Both the position numbers and the translations under genes were made by a program. From assembly GCA_963845755.1 (NCBI GenBank), contig CAWJTV010000020.1, positions 224,001 to 288,000 of the forward strand: DNA of 64,000 bases. The letters run 5' to 3'. This stretch comes from an uncultured Planctomycetota bacterium (GTDB taxonomy: Bacteria > Planctomycetota > Planctomycetia > Isosphaerales > Isosphaeraceae). The notes beneath the pieces were generated by a model that saw nothing but the letters and a program-made list of their open reading frames with translations, was not told the origin of the DNA and did no database searches. Every line of letters begins with the position of its first letter. The first letter of the stretch is position 1. Of the stretch, positions 44,247 to 55,441 are shown in pieces.

Positions 44247-45410
44247 GACGACTGAACCCAACCCGTCGAGCGAACCTCATCCTTGGCACAACACTTCTGG
44301 CGGCAGGCCTGACGGCCTGGCTGACTGCCCGGGGGGCTGACTCTCCGGAGGCCCGCGAAATCAAGGCGAAGCTCTTACGACAATCCCGGCGCATCCGGAG
44401 CCTGGATGTCTCATACAAGCTCGAGGCCAAGACGCCCTTGAAACCGGAACAGTTGCTCGCGATGAATGGGTTCCGGAACCAGCTCTTCCTCCCCCAGGAC
44501 GAATGGAGGATCGCATCCAAAGGGACCAAGCGATACTCCCGCCAGCTCCGGCCCGAGCGCATGAACCTGCTGGGGCCCGCGGACGAGTTCGGCGGGATAC
44601 GCCTACAACCGGTCGACCCCAAGGCGCCGGCCTGGGTCCGCGAAAATCAGAAGAAGCTGATCGAGCAATACGAACGAGCGAAGGCCATGGTCGAGGCCCA
44701 GAAGGCTCGGGGACACGCTCCACGTCCCAGCGATCCCAACATCCGCCCCCTCATCGAGCGCGACGTGACCCGCGCCTTCAACGGCCATACCCTCTGGATG
44801 CGACGGCCGAGGTCGGAGAAGGTGATCGACTACCAGGTTTGGCCCGCCACATCGGAGGCCAACTGGTTCCAGGCCTCCGGATACCTGTCGGCAACCGGGT
44901 TGCACGTCACCGACCCGACGGCGACTGCGATGGTCCGGAACGTCCAGGCGATGTTTCAAGTGGCCGAATGGGTCAAGGACCACTCTTACGAGCTCGAGGA
45001 AAAGACCGAGGTCGTGGACGGATCGACTTGCGTGATCCTCAAGGGCAGTCTCAACTCCCTCTCTCAACCCGCCTTGTTGCTCTGTAACCTGACCGATCGG
45101 ATCTGGCTCGACCGCGACCACGGGCTGGCGCTGCGGCAGGCGAGAGTTCTCCCTTGACGGCCGCATCAGCATGCGGTGGGAGAACTCGGAACTCCGAGAG
45201 GTCGAGCCGGGCCTCTGGCTCCCCACTCAATGCCGGCACGACACCTTCGCCGACGACGCTCCGCCCGAGTGGAAGGGGAAGCCCGTCATGACCGAGGAGA
45301 TCCGCGTGTTGAAAACCGAGATCAATCGCGTCCCGGATGACCTGTTCGACATGATGCCCCAGAAGGGCGACCGCATCGAAGACTTGCGCGGGATCCTCAA
45401 GGGGAAATAG
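44243..45410 (+). CDS. Secreted hypothetical protein, third gene of the ECF operon (frameshift near 45140)
   Basis: ATGA overlap with upstream gene, signal peptide, IWLDRDHGLAL then EVEPGLWLP...VPDDLF. Confidence 0.7.
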
Positions 45411-45726
45411 GACGCGGCTCCCGGATCGGCCCGCGGGGGTCCCATTCCAGCGCGCGAGCCGAGCGAGGGGTCTCAAATCCAGAATCTCTTTGACCGGCCG
45501 TCAGGCTGGCCAGGGATTGGTCGTCGATTCCGCCGGCCATTCTCGTGGTCATCGGGCTTCCAAGGAAACAATCCTGAGGGCCATCACGTCCCGAAGATAA
45601 TCCGAAAATTTAGTTGACGGACCATCCATTCTGGCTATAGTTGTAGTCGTGCGACGTTCTCCGTAACCTTTAGAGTCCGTTTCAGGATCCCCGTCTCGGG
45701 GAGAAGGTCGATACGCCGAAGGCATG

Positions 45727-46027
45727 ACACAGCCCAGTCCAGTGTCGCGCAGAGCACGCTGGGTCGGCGGGCGATTGCGGATATCCCGTCCACTGGAATT
45801 CTCCCGCACGCCAACGGGGTTCCCCCCCGCGAGCCCACTTGGGGTGCTGCGTTCAGGTGCGCTCAGGCTCGTGTGATCGCGACCCAAGGTGCACCTGCGG
45901 CGACCCTGGGTTGTGTTGCGCCTTTGGCCTGAGTCCCATTCCAGGGAAATGGGAATCGGAATTCGGGAGTGCGAGGCTCCGTTTGAGCCTCTTGGTAATG
46001 CCGGCTCGCACGGAGGCTCGCCCTCCC
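45727..46027. repeat. Cluster of two other REP-like inverted doublets
   Basis: 45727-45766 pairs imperfectly with 45880-45916; GGGAGTGCGAGGCTCC..GAGCC (45965-45989) pairs with GGCTCGCACGGAGGCTCGCCCTCCC (ending 46027). Confidence 0.55.
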
Positions 46028-46246
46028 GAGGGAATTCGAAGCCGTTTCTCTGTGGAGCGGTACCAAGCCATGGTGGAATCGCGATCCCGCCGAGCGCTTC
46101 CTGGCCTGCGATTCTCTTGAAACAGACGCTTGATTGAGGCGAAGCGCGAAGAAGGTGCGGCATTTGAAGCCGCCCGATGTCGAACGGATGATTCGGCAAG
46201 GAAGCGGCAACTCCCTCATCGAATTCCCGACCTGAGGAGCTCAGCG

Positions 46247-47362
46247 ATGCGTCGAAAATCGAATCCGTCGCCTGGACCTCTGAGTGAACGGCGAATCGGA
46301 CCGACGAGGACGGGAGTCGGATCGGCGCGAGTTTCCCTTTGCCAACCTGAGACGGTGTGGCTCGTCGCAGCGACCTTGATCATTCTGGTCTGGCTCGCGG
46401 ACCTAGGCAGTGTCAAGGAGGGTATGCCCGTCCGACTGGTCCCGGGCAAGCCCGGCGGCCACACCTCCTCGTTTGTACTCTCCGCTAACGGGACGAAGAT
46501 GGCGGTCACGGACCTGGATGGATCCGTGGCGCTGCGAGATGTCCGAAGCGGATGGAAGATCGAAAGTCTCCTTAGGAACCCGGGTTATACGCGGTCGGCG
46601 TCGTTTTTCCCAGACGGCCGATTCCTCGCGTGTGCGGGATCGAAGACCGGCATTACTCTGCATGACCTGGAGCCGGGTGGCGAGGTGCGGACGCTGCCAG
46701 TACCTCTCGAAGACATCCGATTCGTCGCAATCGCGCCAGACTGTCAAACGCTCGTGGTGACGACGAAGCGGGATGGGCGAATCCTCTTCTGGAACCTGGC
46801 CGAATCTCGGGTATCGAGGATGCTGCACTCCCCCAGCCCTGTCGTGAGCCTGGCCTTCTCACCCGACGGCCGTTACCTGGTCTCCGGACAACGCGACGCC
46901 GATTTCTCGATGAGCCTCTGGGACATCCATACGGGCCGATGCCGGCACAGGCTGACCGGGACTGGTGGCGGCGTCAGGGCCCTCGCGTTCTCGAACAGTG
47001 GCGACAGGCTCGCCTCCGCGGGATCATGGGAACACGGGGTTCGACTATGGGATCTGGGGTCGGGAAAGCTGGAGCGAGTGATTGAAGGACATGCCTTCGG
47101 GACCACTGGGCTCTCGTTCTCGCCCGACGGCACCACCCTGGCCACCGCCGGCAACGACGGAGCGGTCCGGCTTTGGAAGGTGTCAACCGGCCGACAGGAA
47201 GCCGTCCTCGACGGCGACGCCACCACGCTCGTCGGCGTTGTCTTCTCGCCCGACGGCCAATGGGTCGCCGCAGCATCGATGGACGATGACCACCTCCGCA
47301 TGTGGGACCTATCCGGGGCCAGGGCGGACCAATCGACGACCGTCGGCCATCGGTCGCGATGA
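46247..47362 (+). CDS. WD40 repeat (beta-propeller) protein with N-terminal TM
   Basis: Repeated AFSPDG..LA/S.G.D..V.LWD units; RBS GAGGAG. Confidence 0.9.
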   Translation: MRRKSNPSPGPLSERRIGPTRTGVGSARVSLCQPETVWLVAATLIILVWLADLGSVKEGMPVRLVPGKPGGHTSSFVLSANGTKMAVTDLDGSVALRDVRSGWKIESLLRNPGYTRSASFFPDGRFLACAGSKTGITLHDLEPGGEVRTLPVPLEDIRFVAIAPDCQTLVVTTKRDGRILFWNLAESRVSRMLHSPSPVVSLAFSPDGRYLVSGQRDADFSMSLWDIHTGRCRHRLTGTGGGVRALAFSNSGDRLASAGSWEHGVRLWDLGSGKLERVIEGHAFGTTGLSFSPDGTTLATAGNDGAVRLWKVSTGRQEAVLDGDATTLVGVVFSPDGQWVAAASMDDDHLRMWDLSGARADQSTTVGHRSR

Positions 47363-47577
47363 GGCCGGCGGGACCGAGCAGGGATGTGGAGGTGCGAGGG
47401 TGAGTCGTCGGTGCAGAGGGAAATCGACACCAGAGGACCTCGCTGGCCGGCATGCCGATGCCGATGGATTCGACAGGTGCACTCATGCGATTACGCAACA
47501 CGTTGGAACAATCGTGTCCAGGCATCGGCCACTCGGATGAGGGTCAGGTCTCACGAGAGCCAGATGGTCGATTCTTC

Positions 47578-47714
47578 GTGCGAAGGATCCCTGCGCCGCA
47601 CGCGCGCCCGGGGAATTCCCGATTCAACATACCCGATTTCAGAAGAGGCGATTTCGGTTCCTGGAATCGGGAATCCGGAATTCCTCCTTGGTTGCGGCCG
47701 GACGTCGCGTTAGG
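47578..47714 (+). repeat. Heptamer-filled dispersed element, copy 5
   Basis: GGATCCCTGCGCCGCACGC...GAATCGGGAATCCGGAAT...TTGGTTGCGGCCGGACGTCGCGTTAGG. Confidence 0.75.
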
Positions 47715-47784
47715 CTGAAAGAAGGTGGCCGGAGTTCCGCCCGGGTCGTAAGCAGGGGATTCATCGTCTTTCGTCAGAGCGGGC

Positions 47785-49619
47785 ATGAGCATGTCCTACA
47801 CAGCTTTGGTCCAGACCTATACCGCTCAGCGGAACCCGCTCTGCCGGCCGTTCGAGATCGATCGCCTGATCCATCGGTGTTTCCGCTCGGACATCCTTCC
47901 GGATCGGGCCGATTATCCCCGGTTCCAGGAATCCGAGATCTTCGGGGACCTTTACCTCACGCGCCGAGGTTGGAAGGACCGCATCGAGGAGCCCCAGACC
48001 GCTCATCCCCACGAAACGCTCCTCGACGCCCTCTTCTGGGACGACTCCTTCCCGCAGGCCCCTGTGCATCCTGGGCATGGTCGGGGCCGGGAAATCGACG
48101 TTGATCGACTATTACTTGAGGTGCTTCTGCCCGACCAAGGGGAACCGCAATGCGGAATTCGACAAGAAGCTGATCCTCCATTTCGACGCGCGGACGATCC
48201 GCGACAACACCGACTTCTACCACCGGTTCTTCCTGTTCCTCCAATCCGAGATGCGGAACAAATGCCTTGAACGGGGATTCGACCTGGACGAGGCGGTCCG
48301 CCGCCGACCGACCCCGCCACAGAACGTCCGGCAGTGGGTGCACGCCGCGCTCGAGGAGCTGACGCGAGCCCCGTCGAAATCACCGGTGATGTCGTCAATG
48401 TCGCCATTCTCGTTCGTCGTGCTGGTCGTGGACAACCTCGATCAGTCGTCGATCGACGTGCAGATTCGCGCGATCACCGAGGTCGAGCAATGGCTGAGAA
48501 CGCCCTCGATCCGGCTGTCGCGCGTCATCCTGCCGATGTGGCCGAGCACCTTCCGCAAGCTCCAGAACCACCAGTTCAATCTGCTCCACGGCGCGGGTCT
48601 TCGAGATCGGACCGATCGACACCCACGATCTGCTCGCCAACCGCGAGCGGGCCTCGCGCGAGTTCCTCGAGCGCCAATCCACCCCGGGCTCCGGCGCGGT
48701 CATCGAGTACATCGCCCACATGACGCGCCTGGCGAAGGAGCGACTCTTACCGCGGATCAAGGCCATCGCCCACGAGAACCTCCGGCTGATGCTCTCGCTC
48801 TGGGAATCGCTGCTGTGCGGTGACACGGCCTACAGCATCTGGAAGCAAAGCAAGCCGAATCCGGATTCCCGGCGCACGTTCGACTACGAGCTCCTCGACG
48901 CGCTCCTGGTTGGCACCAACGACGCGTTCGACCATGACGAACATCGCATCGCCAACCTCTTTGCGATGGGGGCCGGCCGCGTCCGGCCGCGAGACCTCCT
49001 GATCGGCCACCATGCCCTCCAGCTCCTGGCGCAGGACCGTCATACTCAGGTCGACCTACACCAGGCCTTGCGGAGCCTGGGCTACTCCGAGGCGAACATC
49101 GGCGTCGTCGAGAAATCGCTCCTGACGTTCAACTTCTTCCACGAGGAGCCGGCGGGCGGCAAGATGATCGAGTACGAGATCCATGAAGACGTCGTGCAGG
49201 AGTACCTCGCCCTGCGCTTCGAGCCCGCCTATGTGGACAACGTCGCTACGGTCACGCCCGTCGACCCGAAGTATCTCAACCGGATGTATCGGACGCGCGG
49301 CGACCGCCCCGACGATTTCACCCGCCGGGTCGGGACCACGCTCGCCTTCCTGGAATTCGTCCGCGAGTGTGAAGATCAGTTCCGCGACCCGAGGCTCGTC
49401 ACGAACACCGCGCCCGAGATTCTCATCAAGGCGCTCGAATCGCTCAAGCTGGTCTGCCTCTGGAGGCAGATGGCCCTGCGCTACCAGGACCGCCTCACGG
49501 GTCTACGGGAAAGCGGCTATCTCCGCACGATCGACCCGGTGTGGTGGGAATCGACGGTCGGAAACCCGTTGTTCGAGCAGGCTCGAGAGGCGCCGGAGTT
49601 CCTCAGGTCGTTGGCCTGA
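47785..49619 (+). CDS. Uncharacterised P-loop NTPase (AAA+/STAND-like), about 610 aa; frameshifts near 48062 and 48595
   Basis: Walker A ILGMVGAGKST, Walker B VVLVVDNLDQ, helical C-terminal region; three consecutive frames with coding-like codon use. Confidence 0.75.
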
Positions 49620-49753
49620 GGGACCCAGTCCTCTCGTCTTCAGCCCCTCCGTGTCGTCGTACGGTGAGCCATTCCCCGAGGTGCAGGAAGGGTTCGTGCG
49701 CGTATGATTCGCCCGCTCGATCGCCTCGAAAGGAGTCGATCGAACCGGACGAG

Positions 49754-51558
49754 TCATTCGTCCTCCTTGGGATCCCGCGCCACGCGAAATCCGAATTTCC
49801 AGGCGCTCATACTGGTATCGTTCGGCTCCCAGGCCACGCGCGCCGACGAGCACAGGCTGGGCGCGGGATCATACCACGACCCGCCGCGGAGCACGCGCGT
49901 CGTGCCCCATTCCGGGCCGATCGGATCGATGTTTGCGGCCGAGTCATAAGGTCCACTCCAATCCCAGCACCATTCCCAGACATTCCCGTGCATGTCGTGG
50001 AGGCCGAACCGGTTGGCCGGCCAGTGCCCGACTGGCTGGACCGAGTCCTTCGCGTTCTCCTGGAACCAGGCGTGCTGGGGAAGCTGCGCGGGTTCGTTGC
50101 CGAAGCTGTAGCGGTCCGGAGAGCCCGCGCGGCAGGCATACTCCCACTGCGCCTCGGTCGGCAGGCGGTATCCGGGCCCTCCCTGGCAGGTGACCTGTTC
50201 GCCATCGATCCGATAATAGGGCCGGAGCCCTTCGACCTCGCTCAGCGTGTTACAGAAATGGATGGCGTCGAGCCAGGTCACGTTCTCCATCGGGGCGGCA
50301 TCAATCCCGGCGAAATAGGGGGCGGACGCGTTGCCCATCAACTTGCGATACTGTGCCTGGGTTACGGGAAACACGCCGAGCAGGAAATTGTGAGTCAGGG
50401 TGACCCGACGCATCGGCGCCTCGTTCCCGAAATGATTCTCCCGGGAGCCCATCTCGAATGAACCCTGCGGGACACGAACCAGGATGAGATCGGTCGCGCC
50501 CGGTGCCAGCACCTCGGTCGGCGTTCGACACCCCGTCGGCCCGCGACTCGATCTGCTGGATTCGAAACGAAGGAGCCGCCGACGGGATGCCGAGGATCTC
50601 GCCGATCGCGTCGGCCATCGCGTTCATCGACGCGAAGCGGCCGGCCGGGTCCCGCTCGGTGGCCTTCTGAAACAGTGCGTCGATCCGGCCGTCGAGATCG
50701 GCGCGGACCGTTGAACGGGACGACGGTCAGTCCGGTCCGGATCTCCTGGAGGATCGCGGACCGGTGCCAGTCGTCGATCGGGTTCCGGTAGGGGAAACCG
50801 CCCGTGAGGAGCCGGAAGGTCAAGATCCCGAGGGCGTAGACATCGGTCGGTTTGTCGATGTCGTCCCGCGAGCCGGCGATTTGTTCGGGCGACATGTAGA
50901 GCAATGAGCCGAGGATCTGATGAGCGTCCGTGATTCGCGCATCGATCGGCCGATCGGTGAGCACTGCGAGTCCGAAGTCGGTGACGCGCGGCTGGCCGTC
51001 CGATCCGAAGAGCACGTTGGATGGCTTGATATCCCGGTGGACGACCCCATGACGGTGCGCGTGCTCCAGTCCCAGGGCCAGCGTCCGCATCAACTCCAGG
51101 ACCGCCTGCGGCGGGGACTCGCGATACGCGTCGGCCCGATCCTCCAACGAACCCCCTTCCAGATACTCCATCGTCAGGAACGGGGGGACGTGGTGGACAT
51201 CGTGGTCGAAGAGCTTGCACAGGTTCTCGTGGTTCAGCCGCTCGACGGCCTCGACTTCGATGCGAAAGCGATCGGGGATCTGGGGCACCCGATGGCCCAA
51301 TTCGAGCGGGACCTTGAGCGCAACCTGCCGGTCAAGCCGGTAGTCCCAGGCGCGGAAGACCTCGCCCATCCCACCGCCGCCGATCCGCTTCAATACATGA
51401 TACCGGATCGTCCGGTCGAGCTCGGCGGGACCGAAGGGTGCGACCGGATCGAACGGCTGGCGGCATGCCGGGCAGATGCTGTTGACCCCGAGCCGGTCAC
51501 CGTCAACCTCGATGTGCCGGCAGCACCTGGGATTCGGACATCGCACGCGGAACTGCAT
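49754..51558 (-). CDS. Zn-ribbon + Ser/Thr kinase + FGE-sulfatase (SUMF1) domain protein; +1 frameshifts near 50713 and 50525
   Basis: CPNPRC...CPAC; GGGGMGEV, HRDIKPSN, DFGLA, YMSPEQ; YRLPTEAQWEYACRAG, GLHDMHGNVWEWC, RVLRGGSW, GFRVAR. Confidence 0.9.
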
Positions 51559-51915
51559 CGCGTGAAACCTGGGAGAGTGGCGCAAGGCTCGCTTGTCGAC
51601 TCGGGATCCTTCGTCCGGCAATCATTCTCGGGGAAATGATCCTCAGTTGCAACGAGTTGGCAGAAAAGACAAGTCCGTAAGGCACGACAGGAAAACTCTG
51701 GTGAATCCGCGGAAAGAAAAGGTCTGGATTCGAGTCGGCATCGAGTTTGCTACTGGAGATTCGATTAAGGACAGGTCAGAGCCGGTCCTACCAAGGAGGG
51801 ATGGGCGCTCGGTCTCGGATGGGCTCGAAGTCACTTCGACCTGACCGATACTCGAGGTGTCGTGAGGGCCGGTTCAACTTTTCTCCGGGAATCCACTGGA
51901 ACCGAGGAGCTGACG

Positions 51916-52928
51916 ATGACGATCCGAGAAAAGGTCGTGATCGGCGTGATGGCCGGCGCAGGCATGGCGTGGGGTGCTCGACGCCTCTTGCGTCTTTCAC
52001 GGCGAATCACGCTGAGGGATCGCGTCGTGATCATTACGGGGGCGTCGAGCGGCCACGGACTGATGGCCGCCCGTTACGCCGCCGGGCGCGGCGCGCATCT
52101 TGTGCTGGCCGCGCGCGATCTGGAGAATCTCGGCGCCGCCGAGATCGAAATGACCCATGCCGGAGCGCGGAGCGTCCTGGCGGTCCCCAGCGATGTCACG
52201 GTTCCCGAGCAGTGCCAGTACCTGGTGGATCTCACGATCGAACGACATGGGCGCGTCGACATCCTGGTCAATAACGCTGGCATCATGCTGGTCGGTCCGT
52301 TGGAGAACATGACGCTCGGCGATTTCGAGAACGCCATGGCCACCAACTTCTGGGGAGCCGTAAACTGCACGCTGGCCGTCTTGCCACAGATGCCGCGCAA
52401 CGATTCGGCCGGATTGCCAACGTGGTCTCCCTCGGCGGCAAGATGCCGGTTCCCCACCTCACCCCCTATACCACCAGCAAGTTCGCCCTGGCCGGCCTGA
52501 CCCAGGCGTTGCGGACCGAACTGGCCAAGGATGGGATCCTCGTCACGGGCATCTATCCCAACCTGATGCGCACCGGCGGACATACTCACGCGTGGATCAA
52601 GGGAGATCATCAGACCGAGTATACGCTCGTCGGTATCACGGATACCTTGCCGGTCCTCTCAACCTCCGCCGAATACGTCGCTCGGCGACTCTGGCAGGCC
52701 GTATGCGACGGAGATGCCGAGGTGGTGGTTGGCTGGCCAGCCCGACTCGCCGCCATGATCCACGCGCTGTTTCCCAATGGGAGCGTCGAGGGACTGGCTC
52801 TCCTCGGCCACATCTTGCCCCTCGCGTCCGAGACCGGCGAAGCCATTCAGGGCGAGAACATCCGCGGCCAGGTCCCCGAGTGGCTCAGTCAGCAAGTCCC
52901 TACATCCGCACGCCCTCAGTCCGTATGA
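51916..52928 (+). CDS. Short-chain dehydrogenase/reductase (frameshift near 52400)
   Basis: TGASSGHG, NNAG, YTTSK. Confidence 0.9.
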
Positions 52929-53025
52929 TGCCGGGCTCGCAAAGGCGATTGAGGCGCGGCATCGCCATGGCCGATCCGATAGAATAGCCGGTCGGCGACC
53001 TGCGATTCGAGTCGAGGAGACATCC

Positions 53026-53597
53026 ATGGCGATCACGTACGAGGATGCCGCAGCCAAGCTCCACGAGTGGACGGATAATCCCGCGTTGCGGAACCATGCG
53101 CGCGGGTCGAGGCCTCGATGCGGCGGGCGGCGTACCGCTATGGTGCCGGCGCGGCCGATGAGACTCGGTGGGCCATGACCGGGCTATTGCATGACGCCGA
53201 CTATGACCGATGGCCCGAGGAGCACCCGCGATTGATCGTCGCATGGCTCCGCGAGCAGGGTGAGCCCGAGATCGCCCAGGCCGTCGTCGCTCATTTCAAT
53301 CCCGCGGACGTCCCCGATCTGACCCCGATGGACAAGGCACTCCTGGCCTGCGACGAGTTGACGGGTTTCGTCATGGCATGTTGCCTGGTTCGCCCGGACG
53401 GCATCCGCTCGCTCGCTCCCTCGAGCGTCAAGAAGAAACTGAAAGACAAGAGCTTTGCGGCGAAGGTCAGCCGAACGGATGTCTACTCCGGCGCCGAGAG
53501 ACTCGGCGTGCCACTGGATGAGCAGATCCAGCTCGTCATCGACGCCCTGACTCCGCATGCCGAGGCACTCGGCATCGCCGGCGCCGAGCGAACGTGA
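53026..53597 (+). CDS. HD-domain metal-dependent phosphohydrolase (frameshift near 53105)
   Basis: RBS GAGGAG; LRNH..., GLLHDADY, ACDELTG, VKKKLKDKSFAA. Confidence 0.88.
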
Positions 53598-53796
53598 CCG
53601 CCGCAGGCCCCCCCACCTGCGAAGGGGCTCGACGAATGCCGTTGGCATTTCGGGATCCGGCGTGGTCCCAGCAGGAATTCCGTGGCCATTCTGGATAAAT
53701 GTTCGGATGGATGCGAACCCTGACGAGGAGATCAGTGTCGGGTCAGAGGAAAACTTCCGGCGGAATGAGTCGTTCATCCCATGAAAGGATGTGTCG

Positions 53797-54549
53797 ATGA
53801 TGACTGCGACCGTCGACTGGTGGCGGACCTTTTTCTCGGGCATGATCGTGGAGTCCTGGCTCAAGTCCACGACGGCCGAGCAGACCCGGCAAGAAGCGGA
53901 TTTCATCCGGGAGACTCTACGTGTCCCGCCGTCGGCCAGGCTCCTCGACGTCCCTTGTGGCGGAGGGCGTCATTGCCACGCCCTGGCCGAGCTCGGTTAC
54001 CACATGACGGGCGTTGACATCTCGGCAGAGTTCCTCGAGGCGGCGAACGCTCCAGCCGGGGTAGGGCCGGGCACCATAGCCTGGGAGCATCGCGAGATGC
54101 GAGACCTCCCCTGGCAGGGGGCCCTTGATGGAGCCTACTCCTTTGGCAACAGCTTCGGCTATCTCGATGACGAGGGCAACGCCGCGTTCCTCAAGGCCGT
54201 GGCCAACGCACTGAAGCCGGGGGCTCGGTTCGTCCTCGAAACAGGGTATGTCGCGGAAACCCTGCTCCCCGTCTTGCAGGAACGCGCCTGGTACCCGGTC
54301 GGCGACATGCTCATGCTGTCGCATCGGCGGTATGACCCGATCGAAGGCCGGCTACATGTCGAGTATCTCCACATCCGCAATGGCGAGAGGGACCGGCGAA
54401 CGATGTCGGCCCGAATCCACACCTGCCGCGAGGTCTTCCGCCTCCTGGCTGACGCCGGATTCACCGACATGCAGGCGTATGGATCGCTCGCCAAGGAACC
54501 ATTCCGTCTCGGATCGAACCGGCTGCTGATGGTTGCGACGAAGTCCTGA
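53797..54549 (+). CDS. Class I SAM-dependent methyltransferase
   Basis: LLDVPCGGGRH, GVDIS, NSFGY, LKPGARF. Confidence 0.92.
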   Translation: MMTATVDWWRTFFSGMIVESWLKSTTAEQTRQEADFIRETLRVPPSARLLDVPCGGGRHCHALAELGYHMTGVDISAEFLEAANAPAGVGPGTIAWEHREMRDLPWQGALDGAYSFGNSFGYLDDEGNAAFLKAVANALKPGARFVLETGYVAETLLPVLQERAWYPVGDMLMLSHRRYDPIEGRLHVEYLHIRNGERDRRTMSARIHTCREVFRLLADAGFTDMQAYGSLAKEPFRLGSNRLLMVATKS

Positions 54550-54565
54550 GAAAACCGCTCCCGGC

Positions 54566-55441
54566 TCAATCGACCTTCGCCGCAACCTCGTCGTCCCTGA
54601 CGGCGCAGGCGGCCGTTGGGGATTGGCTCTGCTGGGGGAAGAGGCCGTAGATGATCGCCTGGAATCGGTTTGTCAGGGCGTCCACCTCGGCCTTCGGCAG
54701 TCCCCAGGTCACCAGCGAGAGATAGAGGAACTGGCCGTGGCCGGGGATGGACGACATCTCAAGGTTCAGGATCGACTTGTTCAGGCTCTCGACCATCGCC
54801 GCGAGCGTCTTGCCCGGAACGTAATTGCGCACGATGCCTGCGAGCACATCGCCCTGGCTGGTCACGAACCGGAACGGCGCACCGACGGAGAGGTCGTCCG
54901 AGCTTCCTTCCTGGACCAGACCATCAGGACTCATCAGGCGGGCCCAGGCTTCGGCCAGGGGGATCGCGAGGACCGCGAAGATCACGACGTTCCCGGCGGG
55001 CTGGCCGGGGTGGTTCTCGAGATAATGCTTCATCGTGCTGTGGAAGAGGTCCCAGCCGTGATAGGTCCCGTCGTATTCCTGGTCCCACTCGGGGCCTTCA
55101 CCGAACCCGGAAGCGACCATCCGGATGCGGGTGACGCCCCCCTCATGCTGGAGATACCAGTCGATCGCATAGGGCTCTGAGGTCGGGGATCCACTGAGAT
55201 CGGGCCTGACGGATTCGGTGCGGAGGTGGACGCCCGGCTCCCAGACGGTCACAACGTTGGTCGCCTTGGCTCCGCCACCCCAGTCGATCTCCCGCCGACC
55301 GCCCACGCCGGCCTCGCAGGTCGCCTCCTTGCAGAACCATCGCGTGAGCTCTTCACCCTCCGTGATCGCCTTCCAGACCGCCTCCACGGGAGCCGTCACC
55401 TCGAACGTCTTCTCGTACGACCGGCCCTTCGTCGCGCTCAT
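54566..55441 (-). CDS. Tandem SRPBCC (Aha1-like) domain protein
   Basis: APVEAVWKAIT..ELTRWF, GW..F...MKHYLE, second repeat PLAEAWARL; ATGA overlap with the regulator. Confidence 0.85.
   Translation of the reverse strand: MSATKGRSYEKTFEVTAPVEAVWKAITEGEELTRWFCKEATCEAGVGGRREIDWGGGAKATNVVTVWEPGVHLRTESVRPDLSGSPTSEPYAIDWYLQHEGGVTRIRMVASGFGEGPEWDQEYDGTYHGWDLFHSTMKHYLENHPGQPAGNVVIFAVLAIPLAEAWARLMSPDGLVQEGSSDDLSVGAPFRFVTSQGDVLAGIVRNYVPGKTLAAMVESLNKSILNLEMSSIPGHGQFLYLSLVTWGLPKAEVDALTNRFQAIIYGLFPQQSQSPTAACAVRDDEVAAKVD

Noticed and set aside
49754..49900. FGE/C-type-lectin-fold C-terminus as a diversity-generating retroelement target
   Set aside because: No template repeat or reverse transcriptase seen in the window; a remote DGR cannot be excluded.
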